A stretch of DNA of 64,000 nt from Nitrospira sp. (GCA_047150005.1 AP038806.1:3712001-3776000); one strand, 5' to 3'; shown: positions 13,292 to 24,343, counted from the stretch's first letter. The notes: generated by a model not told the origin, from the sequence alone. Numbers and translations are program-made.

Positions 13292-14788
13292 GTGGCCACC
13301 GCCGGCTATTCATTGAATCTCGACGAGTTCCGCCGCTACGCTCATGAGGGAAATCTGATTCCCCTCTATCGCGAAATTCTGGCGGATTACGAAACGCCGG
13401 TCTCCGCGTTCGCCAAGATCGACCACGGTCCCACCGCTTACCTGCTGGAGAGCATCGAAGGCGGGGAGAAGTGGGCGCGGTATTCGTTTCTGGGCAGCGG
13501 CTCACCGGTCGTCATTTACGAAGACCGCGGCGACCTGATGGTCGTGCGGGGCAAGAAAAAGACCCGCATCCCCAGCCGGGGGAATCCGCTCGAGCGGCTG
13601 CGGGAGCACATGAAGGGGTTCCGTCCGGTGACGGTCCCGAATCTGCCGCGCTTCGTCGGTGGGGCCGTCGGCTACCTCAGTTACGACATGGTGCGAACCT
13701 TCGAGGATCTCGCATCCTGGCCGAAGGACCACCTGAACCTGCCCGACTTTGCCTTTCTCATGACCGATACGCTGTTGATCTTCGACAACGTCGCGCAAAA
13801 GATCAAAGTGGTCGCCAACGCCCACGTGACCTCGACGCGTGACCGAGATGTGAGCAGAGCCTATCGCGAGGCCACAGAGCGGATCGAGCGCATGATCACC
13901 AGGCTGCGGCGCCCTCTGCGCCGGGGTCGTCCGCATCGACGCCGCCGTCCGATCACGTTCGCCTCCAATCTGAGCCGCGCAGATTTCGAAAAGATGGTCA
14001 ACCGGACCAAGGAATACATCCGAGCTGGGGATGTGGTGCAAGCCGTGTTGTCCCAGCGGTGGGAGACCAATGTCCAGGCCCCGCCACTGCAGCTCTATCG
14101 CGCTCTGCGCGTCGTCAACCCGTCTCCCTACATGTATTACCTGCGCGTGGCAGGGGTCGAACTCGTCGGCTCGTCTCCGGAAACGCTCGTTCGGTGCGAA
14201 GACGGGGTCATCTCCGTCAGACCGATCGCCGGCACGCGCCGTCGCGGGCATACAGCGGAAGAGGATCAGCAATTGGAGCGGCAGCTTCTCGCCGATGAGA
14301 AAGAACGGGCCGAGCACGTGATGCTCGTGGACCTGGGCCGCAACGATGTCGGGCGCGTCTCCCGGCCCGGCTCCGTTTCCGTCGACTCGCTCATGCACGT
14401 CGAACGCTATTCCCACGTCATGCACATCGTCTCGAACGTGACCGGCCGGCTCGACCCCTCCAAGACGTCCTACGACGTCCTGCGCGCCTGCTTCCCCGCC
14501 GGGACGGTCTCCGGCGCGCCGAAGATCCGCGCGATGGAGATCATCGATGAACTGGAGCCGATCCGCCGGGGCCCCTACGCCGGCGCGGTGGGATATTTCA
14601 GTTTCTCGGGCAACATGGACATGTGCATCAACATCCGAACTGTCGTCATTAAGAAACATCAGGCGTTTGTCCAGGCCGGCGCCGGGATCGTCGCGGATTC
14701 GAACCCCGACCACGAATACGAGGAGACCTGCAACAAGGCAAGAGCCATGATGAACGCCATCGAGCTGGCGGAGCAGGGACTGGAATAG
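13292..14788 (+). CDS. trpE: Anthranilate synthase component I
   Basis: LLES, NPSPYMYY, GSSPE, PIAGT, EHVMLVDLGRND and FPAGTVSGAPK motifs. Confidence 0.96.
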   Translation: MATAGYSLNLDEFRRYAHEGNLIPLYREILADYETPVSAFAKIDHGPTAYLLESIEGGEKWARYSFLGSGSPVVIYEDRGDLMVVRGKKKTRIPSRGNPLERLREHMKGFRPVTVPNLPRFVGGAVGYLSYDMVRTFEDLASWPKDHLNLPDFAFLMTDTLLIFDNVAQKIKVVANAHVTSTRDRDVSRAYREATERIERMITRLRRPLRRGRPHRRRRPITFASNLSRADFEKMVNRTKEYIRAGDVVQAVLSQRWETNVQAPPLQLYRALRVVNPSPYMYYLRVAGVELVGSSPETLVRCEDGVISVRPIAGTRRRGHTAEEDQQLERQLLADEKERAEHVMLVDLGRNDVGRVSRPGSVSVDSLMHVERYSHVMHIVSNVTGRLDPSKTSYDVLRACFPAGTVSGAPKIRAMEIIDELEPIRRGPYAGAVGYFSFSGNMDMCINIRTVVIKKHQAFVQAGAGIVADSNPDHEYEETCNKARAMMNAIELAEQGLE

Positions 14789-14790
14789 GA

Positions 14791-14863
14791 AGAGCCTATG
14801 GCGAATCGCGTATGGCACGAACAAGGGTATTTTGGATCTCGTGCTATTCGCTATACGCTATAG
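14791..14863. repeat. Heptamer-type short tandem/inverted repeat between trpE and trpG
   Basis: TATGGCG AATCGCG TATGGCA on the left and GCTATTC GCTATAC GCTATAG on the right, in opposite orientations. Confidence 0.55.
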
Positions 14864-14878
14864 GCGCTGTTTCCCATC

Positions 14879-15442
14879 ATGTTGCTGATGATCGACAACT
14901 ACGATTCCTTCACCTATAACCTCGTGCAGTACTTCGGCGAGCTGGGTGAAGACGTCCGGGTCTATCGCAACGACCAGCTCACCATCGGACAGATCGAAGC
15001 ATTGCGTCCGGACCGCATCGTCATCTCGCCGGGCCCCTGCACGCCGAAGGAGGCCGGAATCTCGGTCGAAGCGATCAAACACTTCGCCGGTCGGGTGCCG
15101 CTCCTTGGAGTCTGCCTGGGCCACCAATCGCTTGCGGCCGCCTTCGGCGGCGAGGTGGTCAGGGCCGATCGCCTCATGCACGGCAAGACGTCCATGGTCC
15201 GGCACGATGGAAAGAGGCTCTTCCGCGACCTTCCCAACCCCTTTGAGGCGACGCGCTACCATTCGCTGGTCGTCAAACGGGCCACGTTGCCGGTCTGCTT
15301 CGATGTGTCGGCCGAGACCGCAGCAGGTGAAATCATGGGATTGCGCCACAAGTCGCTGGGTGCGGAAGGGGTGCAGTTCCATCCGGAATCGATTCTGACG
15401 GCGGCCGGCAAAGACTTACTCCGCAATTTCCTGAAACTGTAG
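14879..15442 (+). CDS. trpG: Anthranilate/aminodeoxychorismate synthase glutamine amidotransferase component II
   Basis: [29 protein letters not shown] and GVQFHPES motifs. Confidence 0.95.
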   Translation: MLLMIDNYDSFTYNLVQYFGELGEDVRVYRNDQLTIGQIEALRPDRIVISPGPCTPKEAGISVEAIKHFAGRVPLLGVCLGHQSLAAAFGGEVVRADRLMHGKTSMVRHDGKRLFRDLPNPFEATRYHSLVVKRATLPVCFDVSAETAAGEIMGLRHKSLGAEGVQFHPESILTAAGKDLLRNFLKL

Positions 15443-15513
15443 CCGCACGGCCTTCAGCCGGAACGGACGGCGCGACGGAATTCGTCGCCGGCGGCTGAAC
15501 GGGATTGCTGTCG

Positions 15514-16542
15514 ATGATGATCAGAGAGGCCATCGGAAAGCTGGCGGATCGGACGTCGCTGACCGAAAAAGAAGCCGAAGAGGTCATGAACGAGGTCATG
15601 GACGGAGCAGCGACTCCGGCCCAGATCGCGGCCTATCTGATGGGGCTTCGCCTCAAGGGGGAGAGCGTCGAGGAGATCGCCGGTTCCGTGAGGGCCATGC
15701 GAGGTCGCGCGGTCCGCATCGCCGTCGGCGATCCGCTCGTGGTCGACACCTGCGGCACGGGAGGCGACGGGCGGCACACCTTCAACGTGTCGACGACGTC
15801 GGCGTTCGTGGTGGCCGGGGCCGGGTTGACCGTGGCCAAGCACGGGAACCGATCGGTGTCCTCCAAATCAGGCAGCGCCGACGTGCTCGCCGCGCTGGGT
15901 GTGAAGATCGACCTGCCCACCGGCCGAGTTGCCGACTGCATCAACGACATCGGTATCGGCTTTCTCTTCGCCCCGCTGTACCACGGAGCGATGAAACATT
16001 GTGCCGTTCCCCGGCAAGAATTGGGCATCCGCACGATGCTGAATGTCTTGGGTCCGCTGACGAATCCTGCCGGAGCCGGCATCCAGGTCATCGGCGTCTA
16101 CGAGCCCCGCCTGACCGAATTGCTCGGCAAGGTCCTCATGCATCTGGGCTCGCAACACTCGTTCGTCGTGCACGGCATGGACGGACTGGACGAGATCACC
16201 TTGACCGACCGCACCCTGATCTCTGAAGCCAGGGGAGGAGTGCTTTCGACCTATGTGCTGAATCCGTCTGAATTCGGGTTGACCAAGGTGTCCCCGAAGG
16301 AACTGGCGGGTGGCAGCCCCGAGGACAACGCGCTCATGACGAAGGAAATCCTGCAGGGACGCAAGGGTCCGAAACGGGACATGGTCTGCCTGAATGCGGC
16401 TCCGGCGTTGGTGGCCGGGCACAAGGCCAAAACCCTTGCAGACGGATTCGCCCTGGCGGCGAAGACCATCGATTCCGGCGCCGCTGCCGAGAAGCTGGCG
16501 CGATTGATCGCCTACACGAATGCTGACCACCGGTCGCCATGA
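15514..16542 (+). CDS. trpD: Anthranilate phosphoribosyltransferase
   Basis: DTCGTGGDG, NVSTT, KHGNRSVSSKSGSAD, LGPLTNPA and HGMDGLDE motifs. Confidence 0.96.
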   Translation: MMIREAIGKLADRTSLTEKEAEEVMNEVMDGAATPAQIAAYLMGLRLKGESVEEIAGSVRAMRGRAVRIAVGDPLVVDTCGTGGDGRHTFNVSTTSAFVVAGAGLTVAKHGNRSVSSKSGSADVLAALGVKIDLPTGRVADCINDIGIGFLFAPLYHGAMKHCAVPRQELGIRTMLNVLGPLTNPAGAGIQVIGVYEPRLTELLGKVLMHLGSQHSFVVHGMDGLDEITLTDRTLISEARGGVLSTYVLNPSEFGLTKVSPKELAGGSPEDNALMTKEILQGRKGPKRDMVCLNAAPALVAGHKAKTLADGFALAAKTIDSGAAAEKLARLIAYTNADHRSP

Positions 16543-17378
16543 TACTCGCGCGCATCCTGGAACATAAGAAAGCGGAACTTCGGCATAAACAAAGCCGCGG
16601 CTACCTCTCGGAATTAAAGGGCAAGATTCGCGATCTCTCCGGAAGTCTGGGGTTCGCGGTCTCGCTCGACGCGACCCGCACCGCCTCCAGCCCGGCTCTG
16701 ATCGCCGAGGTCAAGCGGGCCTCTCCCAGTCTCGGATTGCTGCGTCCCGAGTTCGAGGAACGGTTCGACCCGGTCGCCATCGCGCGGTCCTATGCCGAGC
16801 ATGGCGCTTCCGCGCTCTCCGTTCTGACCGATCGGGATTTCTTTCGCGGCAGCCTCGACGATCTCCAGGCCGTCAAACAAGCGGTCTCCCTGCCGGCGCT
16901 CAACAAGGAATTCATGGTCGAGGAGATCCAATTTTACGAAGCGCGGGCCTATGGCGCGGACGCCGTGCTGTTGATCGTGGCCGCGCTCGAGCGCCGGCAG
17001 CTCGAAGATTTTCACGCTCTGGCTCGCGACCTGTCCCTCGACGTGCTCTTCGAAACCCATCACGAGCGGGAATTGGATCTGGTGCTGGAGCGGATCACGG
17101 ACGCCCGCCTCATCGGCATCAACAACCGCGACCTCAAGACCTTCTCGACGGACCTGGGGGTCACCGTGCGACTGGCCAAGCGTGTGCCGGCCGACAAGCT
17201 GATCGTCAGCGAGAGCGGCATCCACAAACGGGCGGACGTCGAGCGGTTGCTCGAGGCGGGCGTTCATGCGATGCTGGTAGGCGAATCCCTCATCAAAGCG
17301 GAGGCTGTCGAGACCAAGATCGCCGAGCTCCGCGGGACGGCCACGGGTTTCGACGCCGACCGAAAGAAAACACAGTGA
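16539..17378 (+). CDS. trpC: Indole-3-glycerol phosphate synthase
   Basis: IAEVKRASPS, LSVLTD, GADAVLLI, IGINNRDL, VSESGI and LVGESL motifs. Confidence 0.95.
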   Translation: MILARILEHKKAELRHKQSRGYLSELKGKIRDLSGSLGFAVSLDATRTASSPALIAEVKRASPSLGLLRPEFEERFDPVAIARSYAEHGASALSVLTDRDFFRGSLDDLQAVKQAVSLPALNKEFMVEEIQFYEARAYGADAVLLIVAALERRQLEDFHALARDLSLDVLFETHHERELDLVLERITDARLIGINNRDLKTFSTDLGVTVRLAKRVPADKLIVSESGIHKRADVERLLEAGVHAMLVGESLIKAEAVETKIAELRGTATGFDADRKKTQ

Positions 17379-17493
17379 CCGTCATGCGGAGACCGAACAG
17401 CAGCGGAACCGTCACGATCAGCTTCGACGAGAAGGGGACCGCCTGCCAGTGGGTCTACAAGGACTCCTACATCGAGCGGCGGAGTGCGAAGCC

Positions 17494-18150
17494 ATGTCCC
17501 TGACGCAAGGCGGAACAGTCGGCAAGATCAAGATCTGCGGGATCACGAACGAGGAAGACGCGGCGGCGGCCGTATCGGCCGGAGCCGACGCGTTGGGGTT
17601 CGTGTTCTATCGCAAGAGCCCTCGATGGGTGGAGCCATCCGTGGCGGCCCGCATCATCGCGTCCTTGCCGCCGTTCGTGGCGGCGGTCGGTGTGTTCGTC
17701 AACGAGGAGGTGAAGGTAGTCCGTGATCTCATGGACGGCTGCGGGCTGGCGCTGGCGCAGCTGCATGGGGACGAAACCGCCGCCTATTGCCTCGAACTGG
17801 CGCGACCGGCGGTCAAAGCCCTCCGAATCAAGGACCGCGGCAGCTTTCTCGCGCTGGCGGAATTTCAAGGGCGCGCCGGGATCCGAGGCTTCCTGCTCGA
17901 TGCCTACGCCGACGAGGCCTACGGAGGGACCGGCCGCACCGTGGATCGGTCCCTTGCCGCCGAAGCGGCGAGGACCACCTCCGTGCTGCTGGCCGGCGGA
18001 CTGACGCCCGAGAACGTCGCCGAGGCTATCCAGGCGGTACGGCCCTACGGCGTCGACGTGAGCAGCGGCGTCGAGCTTTCTCCGGGCAAGAAGGATCTTG
18101 AGAAAGTCCGCCGGTTCATCCAATCGGCCAGACAGGCATTCGCAATCTGA
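17494..18150 (+). CDS. trpF: Phosphoribosylanthranilate isomerase
   Basis: [31 protein letters not shown] and VDVSSGVE motifs. ATG at 17494. Confidence 0.95.
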   Translation: MSLTQGGTVGKIKICGITNEEDAAAAVSAGADALGFVFYRKSPRWVEPSVAARIIASLPPFVAAVGVFVNEEVKVVRDLMDGCGLALAQLHGDETAAYCLELARPAVKALRIKDRGSFLALAEFQGRAGIRGFLLDAYADEAYGGTGRTVDRSLAAEAARTTSVLLAGGLTPENVAEAIQAVRPYGVDVSSGVELSPGKKDLEKVRRFIQSARQAFAI

Positions 18151-18167
18151 ACGGGATCGTCGCCGCC

Positions 18168-19379
18168 ATGACCAGAAAGAACACCTCCACCCCGCTTCCC
18201 GACGCCAGAGGCCGCTTCGGCATCTACGGAGGCCGCTACGTGCCGGAAACGCTGATGCCGGCCCTCCTCGAATTGGAACAGCAATATGCGAAAGCCAAGA
18301 AGGACGCCCGTTTTCAGGCTGAGTTCGCCTATTATCTGAAACAGTACGTCGGCCGGCCCACGCAGCTCTACTATGCGGAACGACTCACGAAACGCCTCGG
18401 CGGCGCAAAGATCTATCTGAAGCGCGAAGACCTGTGCCACACGGGCGCCCATAAGATCAACAATGCCATCGGCCAGGGCCTGCTCGCCAAGCGCATGAAG
18501 AAACCCAGGATCATCGCAGAGACGGGCGCCGGCCAGCACGGCGTCGCGACCGCGACCGTGGCGGCGATGTTCGGCCTGCAATGCGAAATCTACATGGGCA
18601 CCGAAGACATGCAGCGCCAGGCCTTGAACGTGTTCCGCATGCGGCTGCTGGGTTCGACGGTGACGGCCGTCGATGCCGGAAGCCGCACGTTGAAGGACGC
18701 CATCAGCGAAGCGATGCGCGATTGGACGACCAACATTGACACGACGCATTACGTGCTCGGCTCCGCGCTCGGCGCCCATCCCTATCCCATGATGGTCCGC
18801 GATTTCCAATCGATCATCGGCAAGGAAGCCCGCAAGCAAATCTTGGCCGCCGAAGGACAGTTGCCGGACTGTCTGATCGCCTGCGTCGGAGGCGGCAGCA
18901 ACTCGATCGGTCTCTTTCATGCGTTCCTTGGCGATAAGAAGGTGAAGATGATCGGCGTGGAGGCGGCGGGGCTCGGCATCCCGAGCGGCAAGCATGCCGC
19001 GCGGTTCGCCGGGGGCCGGCTGGGAGTCCTTCAAGGCACCATGACCTATCTGCTGCAGGACGACGATGGACAGATCAACCTGACCCATTCGGTCTCGGCC
19101 GGCCTCGACTACGCGGCTGTCGGGCCGGAACACAGCTACCTCAGAGAAACCGGCCGAGCTTCATACACGTCGGCCACCGACGAAGAAGCCCTGGCGGCGT
19201 TCGACCTGCTGGCCAGGGAGGAGGGCATCGTCCCGGCCCTCGAAAGCGCCCATGCGATCGCCCACACCGCCAAGCTCGCCCCCACGATGAAACGGAATCA
19301 AATCCTCCTCGTCAATCTGTCCGGCCGGGGAGACAAAGACGTGCAGCAAGTCGCCCGCATGCGGGGGATCGCGCTATGA
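18168..19379 (+). CDS. trpB: Tryptophan synthase beta chain
   Basis: [16 protein letters not shown] (PLP Lys), [13 protein letters not shown] and NLSGRGDKD motifs. Confidence 0.97.
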   Translation: MTRKNTSTPLPDARGRFGIYGGRYVPETLMPALLELEQQYAKAKKDARFQAEFAYYLKQYVGRPTQLYYAERLTKRLGGAKIYLKREDLCHTGAHKINNAIGQGLLAKRMKKPRIIAETGAGQHGVATATVAAMFGLQCEIYMGTEDMQRQALNVFRMRLLGSTVTAVDAGSRTLKDAISEAMRDWTTNIDTTHYVLGSALGAHPYPMMVRDFQSIIGKEARKQILAAEGQLPDCLIACVGGGSNSIGLFHAFLGDKKVKMIGVEAAGLGIPSGKHAARFAGGRLGVLQGTMTYLLQDDDGQINLTHSVSAGLDYAAVGPEHSYLRETGRASYTSATDEEALAAFDLLAREEGIVPALESAHAIAHTAKLAPTMKRNQILLVNLSGRGDKDVQQVARMRGIAL

Positions 19380-20194
19380 CTTCCCGGCTGGACCAGACGT
19401 TTTCACGGCTACGAGACCGGAGAGAAGCGGCCCTGATCACTTATGTAATGGCCGGTGATCCCAGTCTGCAAGACACCGAACAGCTGGTGCCGAAGCTCGA
19501 AGAGGCCGGCGCAGACGTGATCGAGCTGGGCGTGCCGTTTTCGGATCCCATCGCGGACGGGCCGGTGATTCAACAGGCAGCGGAACGGGCGCTCCGGAGC
19601 GGAACGTCGCTTCGCGCAATCCTCCCGATGGTGTCCCGACTGAGACAGAAAACGCAGATCCCCATCGTGCTGATGGCCTATTACAACAGCGTCCATGCGT
19701 TCGGCACGGAGCGGTTTTGCCGGGAGGCGGTCGCCGCTGGAATAGACGGACTCATCGTGCCGGACATGCCTCCGGACGAATCGGGACCGCTCAAGGAGCC
19801 GGCCGCCGCCTCAGGCCTCCAGCTGATTTTTCTCCTTGCGCCCACCAGCACGGATCAGCGGCGCGCCTACGTGGCCAGACAGTCCAAGGGGTTCGTCTAC
19901 TACGTGTCGCTCACCGGGATCACCGGCGCCAAGCTGAGTAATGTGGACGAAGTTGGCCGCAACGTCGGGAAGATCCGCAAAGTCTCTCCGACCCCCGTCG
20001 CCGTCGGGTTTGGGGTCGCCACACCCGAAGACGCCGAAAAGGTCGCGGCAGTCGCAGACGGCGTGATCGTCGGCAGTGCCATCGTCAAGCAGGTCGCGGC
20101 ACACAGACAGGATGCCGGCCTCGTCAAGCACGTGGCTGACTTTGTCCATTCCCTGAAGACCGCCATGACCTCGCGCCAGGCGTCCCGGCGCTAA
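19376..20194 (+). CDS. trpA: Tryptophan synthase alpha chain
   Basis: [31 protein letters not shown] and DGVIVGSA motifs. Confidence 0.97.
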   Translation: MTSRLDQTFSRLRDRREAALITYVMAGDPSLQDTEQLVPKLEEAGADVIELGVPFSDPIADGPVIQQAAERALRSGTSLRAILPMVSRLRQKTQIPIVLMAYYNSVHAFGTERFCREAVAAGIDGLIVPDMPPDESGPLKEPAAASGLQLIFLLAPTSTDQRRAYVARQSKGFVYYVSLTGITGAKLSNVDEVGRNVGKIRKVSPTPVAVGFGVATPEDAEKVAAVADGVIVGSAIVKQVAAHRQDAGLVKHVADFVHSLKTAMTSRQASRR

Positions 20195-20323
20195 ACGCCT
20201 CCGTCTCGCCTTCATCTATTATAGGAATTGGAACACCGACCAGGCGGGAGAGCGGCTAACTATGGATTGGATGTTTATACGAGGAAGAACGAATGCTACG
20301 GAGCCTGAAGGAAAGGGAGCTTC

Positions 20324-20932
20324 TTACCGTTTGGGAGTAGGCGGCATGTACTTGATCATCTCGTCGGCCAAATCCTTGGCCACGTCCTTCAGGTTCGGGC
20401 GGTAGAACATATAGCTGCTGGACCGTTCGTGCCGGGCTTTCCACACCGTGGTGCCGGTCGTGGCATCCACCAGCCGGAGGCTCAATCCGACCCGGCCGAC
20501 GTTGTCGCCTTCCTTGCGGACATACTCCCAGGAATTGACCCGCACGACGAGAAATGAATCCACGCTGAGCGCCTTGCCCAGCTTGATCGCTGATTCCTTG
20601 TCCGATTGTCCCGTCATTTCAAGCCGAGAAAAATAGAATACCAGCGAATCGAAGGCCTCCTTCGATCCCTGGAAGATGTCCGTCACGCTTTCCGGGCTCA
20701 CGACGCGCTCGACGTTGGCCACCTTCGTGAGAGAACCGGAGAGTACGTCCTGAATATCTTCCCGCGCGCTGTCGTACTGACTCGCCATCGGCGGCAGTAC
20801 CGCGATCGCCTGGGGTCGGAACACCTTGGCGCCGGGCCCTTCCCATACTTCCTGAAGCCCTCCGCACCCGGTGAACGACAGAAGGACGATCGCGAGTGCG
20901 GAGCGCAAAAATCTCTGTGGGATCCTCAACAT
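20324..20932 (-). CDS. Lipoprotein (DUF799/LpoB/CsgG-like alpha/beta fold, tentative)
   Basis: Only the C-terminal ~202 aa of ORF 20324..21955 is real. ATG at 20932, lipobox FTGC, IAVLPP, and LRLVDATTGTTVW. Confidence 0.75.
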   Translation of the reverse strand: MLRIPQRFLRSALAIVLLSFTGCGGLQEVWEGPGAKVFRPQAIAVLPPMASQYDSAREDIQDVLSGSLTKVANVERVVSPESVTDIFQGSKEAFDSLVFYFSRLEMTGQSDKESAIKLGKALSVDSFLVVRVNSWEYVRKEGDNVGRVGLSLRLVDATTGTTVWKARHERSSSYMFYRPNLKDVAKDLADEMIKYMPPTPKR

Positions 20933-20967
20933 GGGTTTCAGTATACCATTAGAGAAAGACGAGGGTC

Positions 20968-22110
20968 CTAGAATGTGAGCGACAGCGATCCTGAAACCAG
21001 CGCTCCCTGTTCCTGAAAATCGTATCCTCCGCCCAGGTCCAACCGGAAAGCGTACATCCTGAAGCCGAGTCCGGCCGTGGGCGTAAAGGGAACTCCGGCA
21101 TCCTGCATATTCTTGAACGCCCCGATCCGCAGGGAGAGGAACTCGTTGAGGATCGTCTGCTCCGCGCCCAGGCTGAGCAGTTGGCTCTTCACGCCGGGCA
21201 CGAACGTATTGTTGGAGAGGATGTCCACATCGGCGGACAGGGTCAGTGTGGAGTAAGGATTGACGGCCATGCCGCCCCTGACCTGCGGCCCAAGTTTCAA
21301 TTCTCCCGACGGGCTGTCGAAGGTCGGCTGCGTGATGTCCTTGGCCACGACGCCGAAGCGCAGCCAGGAGGACGGTCGGTAGATCGCGCCCACGTCGAGA
21401 CTCAGCGCCGTGGACAGCGTGGGCTTCCCGAAGTTGTCCCGGAGCGACACGTCCGTCCCGCCTGTCAGCGTGGTTGAGCCGTTGTAGGCAGCGCCCTGGA
21501 TGATCTTTCCGGTCACGCCGATGGCGAAGGTCTTGTCGGCGAATGCATAGGCATAGGAGAGGGCGATCTGCCTGGCTTCGAGGCCTACGAGGGCCATCTG
21601 TCCCGTCAGGCTGATCGGCGTGTTGGGACCACCCGGCTGGGTCGCCTGGACCGGCGTCGAGACGAAACTGCCGCCGGTGGCGACATCGGAGACATTGATG
21701 CCGAAGGCATGCTCCCCGAAGTGGCCTTTGACGTAGATGCCGGCCGAGCCGTTCATGGATACGGTCGCCCCGGGTTGGTTGATGCTGTTGGCGATGTTCT
21801 GCGCGTTTGTAAGATTGCCGGCCGAGGTATCGTTGACGTTGAAGGATTCCAGATCGTGGATCGACTGCGCAATACCCATCCGGTCGATCCCTTGCCAGCC
21901 GGCCTGAATGCGGATGTCCACGGTTTGCGTCATCGCAAGCCCGGCCGGATTCCAATACGTGGCGAGCGCGTCCGTCGTAATCGCCACGCCGGCGCCGCCC
22001 ATGCCCATCGCACGCGGTCCGACGATCACGAACTCCGTCGCCGCCGCCGGCCCGGATAGCAGCAGCACCGCCGCAGCCGCCCAGAGCCGGAGGATTCGCG
22101 CGTGGGCCAT
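20968..22110 (-). CDS. Outer-membrane beta-barrel, TraF_2/FadL-like
   Basis: Signal peptide, GPRAMGMGGAGVA...YWNPAGLA N-terminal motif, amphipathic strands and terminal Phe. ATG at 22110. Confidence 0.8.
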   Translation of the reverse strand: MAHARILRLWAAAAVLLLSGPAAATEFVIVGPRAMGMGGAGVAITTDALATYWNPAGLAMTQTVDIRIQAGWQGIDRMGIAQSIHDLESFNVNDTSAGNLTNAQNIANSINQPGATVSMNGSAGIYVKGHFGEHAFGINVSDVATGGSFVSTPVQATQPGGPNTPISLTGQMALVGLEARQIALSYAYAFADKTFAIGVTGKIIQGAAYNGSTTLTGGTDVSLRDNFGKPTLSTALSLDVGAIYRPSSWLRFGVVAKDITQPTFDSPSGELKLGPQVRGGMAVNPYSTLTLSADVDILSNNTFVPGVKSQLLSLGAEQTILNEFLSLRIGAFKNMQDAGVPFTPTAGLGFRMYAFRLDLGGGYDFQEQGALVSGSLSLTF

Positions 22111-22324
22111 GGACTGAGGACTCCTTCGCATCGGAGAACTGCCGCCGAGTCTATTGGATGAATCGGCTCTCGTCAAGATTTTGAGGACTGTCGCCCTTCC
22201 GATCGGCGACTGTCCCCATGCACGTGGACGACAAAGAAAACACTCCGCTTGAATAAGCACGGCGGGATTCGCCGCGGCAGCGGCAGTAGAGGGATAGGCA
22301 CCGCTGTGGCCGAGCCGGCTTTCC

Positions 22325-22987
22325 CTAGAGGATCAGGCCGTCCTGGATGTGGATGATCCGATCCGCCTGCGCGGAGAGCTTGTCGTTGTGGGTCACGATC
22401 ACGAACGTGGTTCCGCACGTCTTGTTCAGCTCCCGCATCAACGCGAAGAGCGCGTCGCCCGTATGCGTGTCCAAATTGCCGGTCGGCTCGTCCGCGAGCA
22501 CGAGATCCGGTTGTTGGAGCAATGCGCGCGCCACGGCCACCCGCTGCTGCTCGCCGCCGGACAGTTCCCCCGGCTTGTGCTGGAGGCGCTCTCCCAGACC
22601 GACGTCCTTCAGAATCGCGATCGCTCGATCCTCGACCTCCGCCAGCCGCTTGCGTTGGATCAAGGCCGGCATACAGGCATTCTCCAGCGCCGTGAATTCC
22701 GGGAGCAGATGATGAAACTGAAAGATGAATCCGATGCGCCGGTTTCGAAACTCTGCCTGGGCCGCTTCGGACAATCGAAAGACGTCCTGATCCTCGAACA
22801 ACACGGACCCCTTCGTGGGGCGATCCAACAGACCCAGGATGTGGAGCAACGTACTTTTCCCCGCGCCGGACGCGCCGATGACGGCGACGAGTTCGCCCCG
22901 TTCGATGCGCAGATCGATACCTTGCAACACCGGCAAGGTCCGCTCGCCCATCCGGAACGACTTATGGAGGTCCGTGACGGTGATCAT
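22325..22987 (-). CDS. lolD: Lipoprotein-releasing ABC transporter ATPase
   Basis: GASGAGKST, GFIFQFHHLL, LSGGEQQR and LADEPTGNLD motifs. Confidence 0.93.
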   Translation of the reverse strand: MITVTDLHKSFRMGERTLPVLQGIDLRIERGELVAVIGASGAGKSTLLHILGLLDRPTKGSVLFEDQDVFRLSEAAQAEFRNRRIGFIFQFHHLLPEFTALENACMPALIQRKRLAEVEDRAIAILKDVGLGERLQHKPGELSGGEQQRVAVARALLQQPDLVLADEPTGNLDTHTGDALFALMRELNKTCGTTFVIVTHNDKLSAQADRIIHIQDGLIL

Positions 22988-22991
22988 ATTT

Positions 22992-23021
22992 CAGTGCTGA
23001 GCCTTGAGTGCTGAGTGCTGA
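22992..23021 (-). repeat. CTCAGCA-type heptamer tract between lolC/E and lolD
   Basis: CAGTGCTGAGCCTTGAGTGCTGAGTGCTGA, the reverse complement of the TCAGCAC repeat family. Confidence 0.7.
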
Positions 23022-23056
23022 GAAAAGAGCATCGTGAACCGAGGATGGAAGTTGAA

Positions 23057-24337
23057 CTATTCATAGCGCAGCGCATCCACCGGTTCGAGCTTCGCCGCCT
23101 GCAGCGAGGGGTATACCGTCGCCGCGAAGCTGATGAGAATCGCCGAACCCGCCACGAGCAGCACATCTTCACCCAAGACGTGCACGGGGATCTTGGAGAT
23201 GTAATAGACCGTGGGATCGAAGGTCCAAAACGTCTGGATCAGCCACAGAAACGTGTAGCCCAGCGGAATGCCGATCCCCGTGCCGGACAGTCCGATGATC
23301 AGCCCGTTCAGCATGAAGATCCGCCTGATGCTCTTCCTCGTGGCTCCCATGGCCTTCAGGATGGCAATCTCTTTCTGCTTCTCGGTGACGATCATCGTCA
23401 GGGTGCTGACGATGTTGAACGAAGCCACGATCGTGATCAGCACCAGCAACAGGAACATCATCGTCTTTTCCAGCTTGAGCGCCGACAACAGATTGCGGTT
23501 CATCTGCATCCAGTCCCGCGCGCCGTAGGAAAAGCCCAAGGCCTGCTCCACCGACCGGGCGACCTCGTTTGCGCGGAAGACGTCGCTGACTTTCAGCTCG
23601 ATACCGGTCACCGTATCGCCCATGCCGAAAAATTTCTGCGCCTCGGCCAGGTCGATGTAGGCCAGCGACGAGTCGTACTCGTACATGCCTGAATGAAAGA
23701 TCCCGACCACCACGAACGGGCGGATCTTCGGCACCATGCCCATGGCGCTGATCGGGCCGACCGGAGATACGATGCTCACGATGTCTCCCGGAAACGCGCC
23801 GAGCCGGAGGGCGAGTTCCTTGCCCAGAATGATACCGGGTTTCTCCGTGGGCTGCAGAGGTCCGTTGGGGTTGTCGGCCGGAGGCAGATTCACCGACACC
23901 GGATGCCCGAGCATGGATAGCTCCCCGGCCGCCAGGTTCTTCTCCAACTCGGTCACCTTGCCTTCTCGTTTCGGATCGATCCCGCGCAGCACCACTCCAT
24001 GCGCACCGGCCTGCGTCGTCAACATGACCTGCTTTAAGATGAACGGCGTGGCGGCCACGACGTCCGGAACCGTCTCGGCCTTCTGGACGACCGGGCCGTA
24101 GTCGCTCATCGCGTCCTTCATCCGGTCCTGCACGATGACGTGAGCCGTCGTCCCGACGATCTTTGCCTGGATGTCCTCTTTGAAGCCGGTCATGATCCCG
24201 ACGGTGCCGATCAAGGCCGCCACGCCCAGCGTCACGCCGGTGATCGAGACGAACGTGTTGAGGGAGATGGTGCGGTTGCGCCGCTTCGCGCGGAGATAGC
24301 GCAGACCGACGAAGATTTCATAGGGGAGGGCGGCCAT
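23057..24337 (-). CDS. lolE: Lipoprotein-releasing ABC transporter permease LolC/E
   Basis: FVGLRYLRAKRR, GMYEYD, VASFNIVSTL..EKQKEIAILKAMGA and DALRYE motifs. LolC and LolE cannot be distinguished here. Confidence 0.88.
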   Translation of the reverse strand: MAALPYEIFVGLRYLRAKRRNRTISLNTFVSITGVTLGVAALIGTVGIMTGFKEDIQAKIVGTTAHVIVQDRMKDAMSDYGPVVQKAETVPDVVAATPFILKQVMLTTQAGAHGVVLRGIDPKREGKVTELEKNLAAGELSMLGHPVSVNLPPADNPNGPLQPTEKPGIILGKELALRLGAFPGDIVSIVSPVGPISAMGMVPKIRPFVVVGIFHSGMYEYDSSLAYIDLAEAQKFFGMGDTVTGIELKVSDVFRANEVARSVEQALGFSYGARDWMQMNRNLLSALKLEKTMMFLLLVLITIVASFNIVSTLTMIVTEKQKEIAILKAMGATRKSIRRIFMLNGLIIGLSGTGIGIPLGYTFLWLIQTFWTFDPTVYYISKIPVHVLGEDVLLVAGSAILISFAATVYPSLQAAKLEPVDALRYE

Positions 24338-24343
24338 CGCGGT

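Noticed and set aside
13258..13292. trp attenuator or leader peptide
   Set aside because: Only about 33 bp separate the LysM gene from trpE, with no Trp-codon leader or terminator.
20933..21955. N-terminal extension of the 543-aa ORF 20324..21955
   Set aside because: It overlaps the barrel gene in another frame. The real lipoprotein starts at 20932.
20968..22110. Conjugative element
   Set aside because: A TraF-like barrel alone, with no relaxase, T4SS ATPase or integrase nearby.
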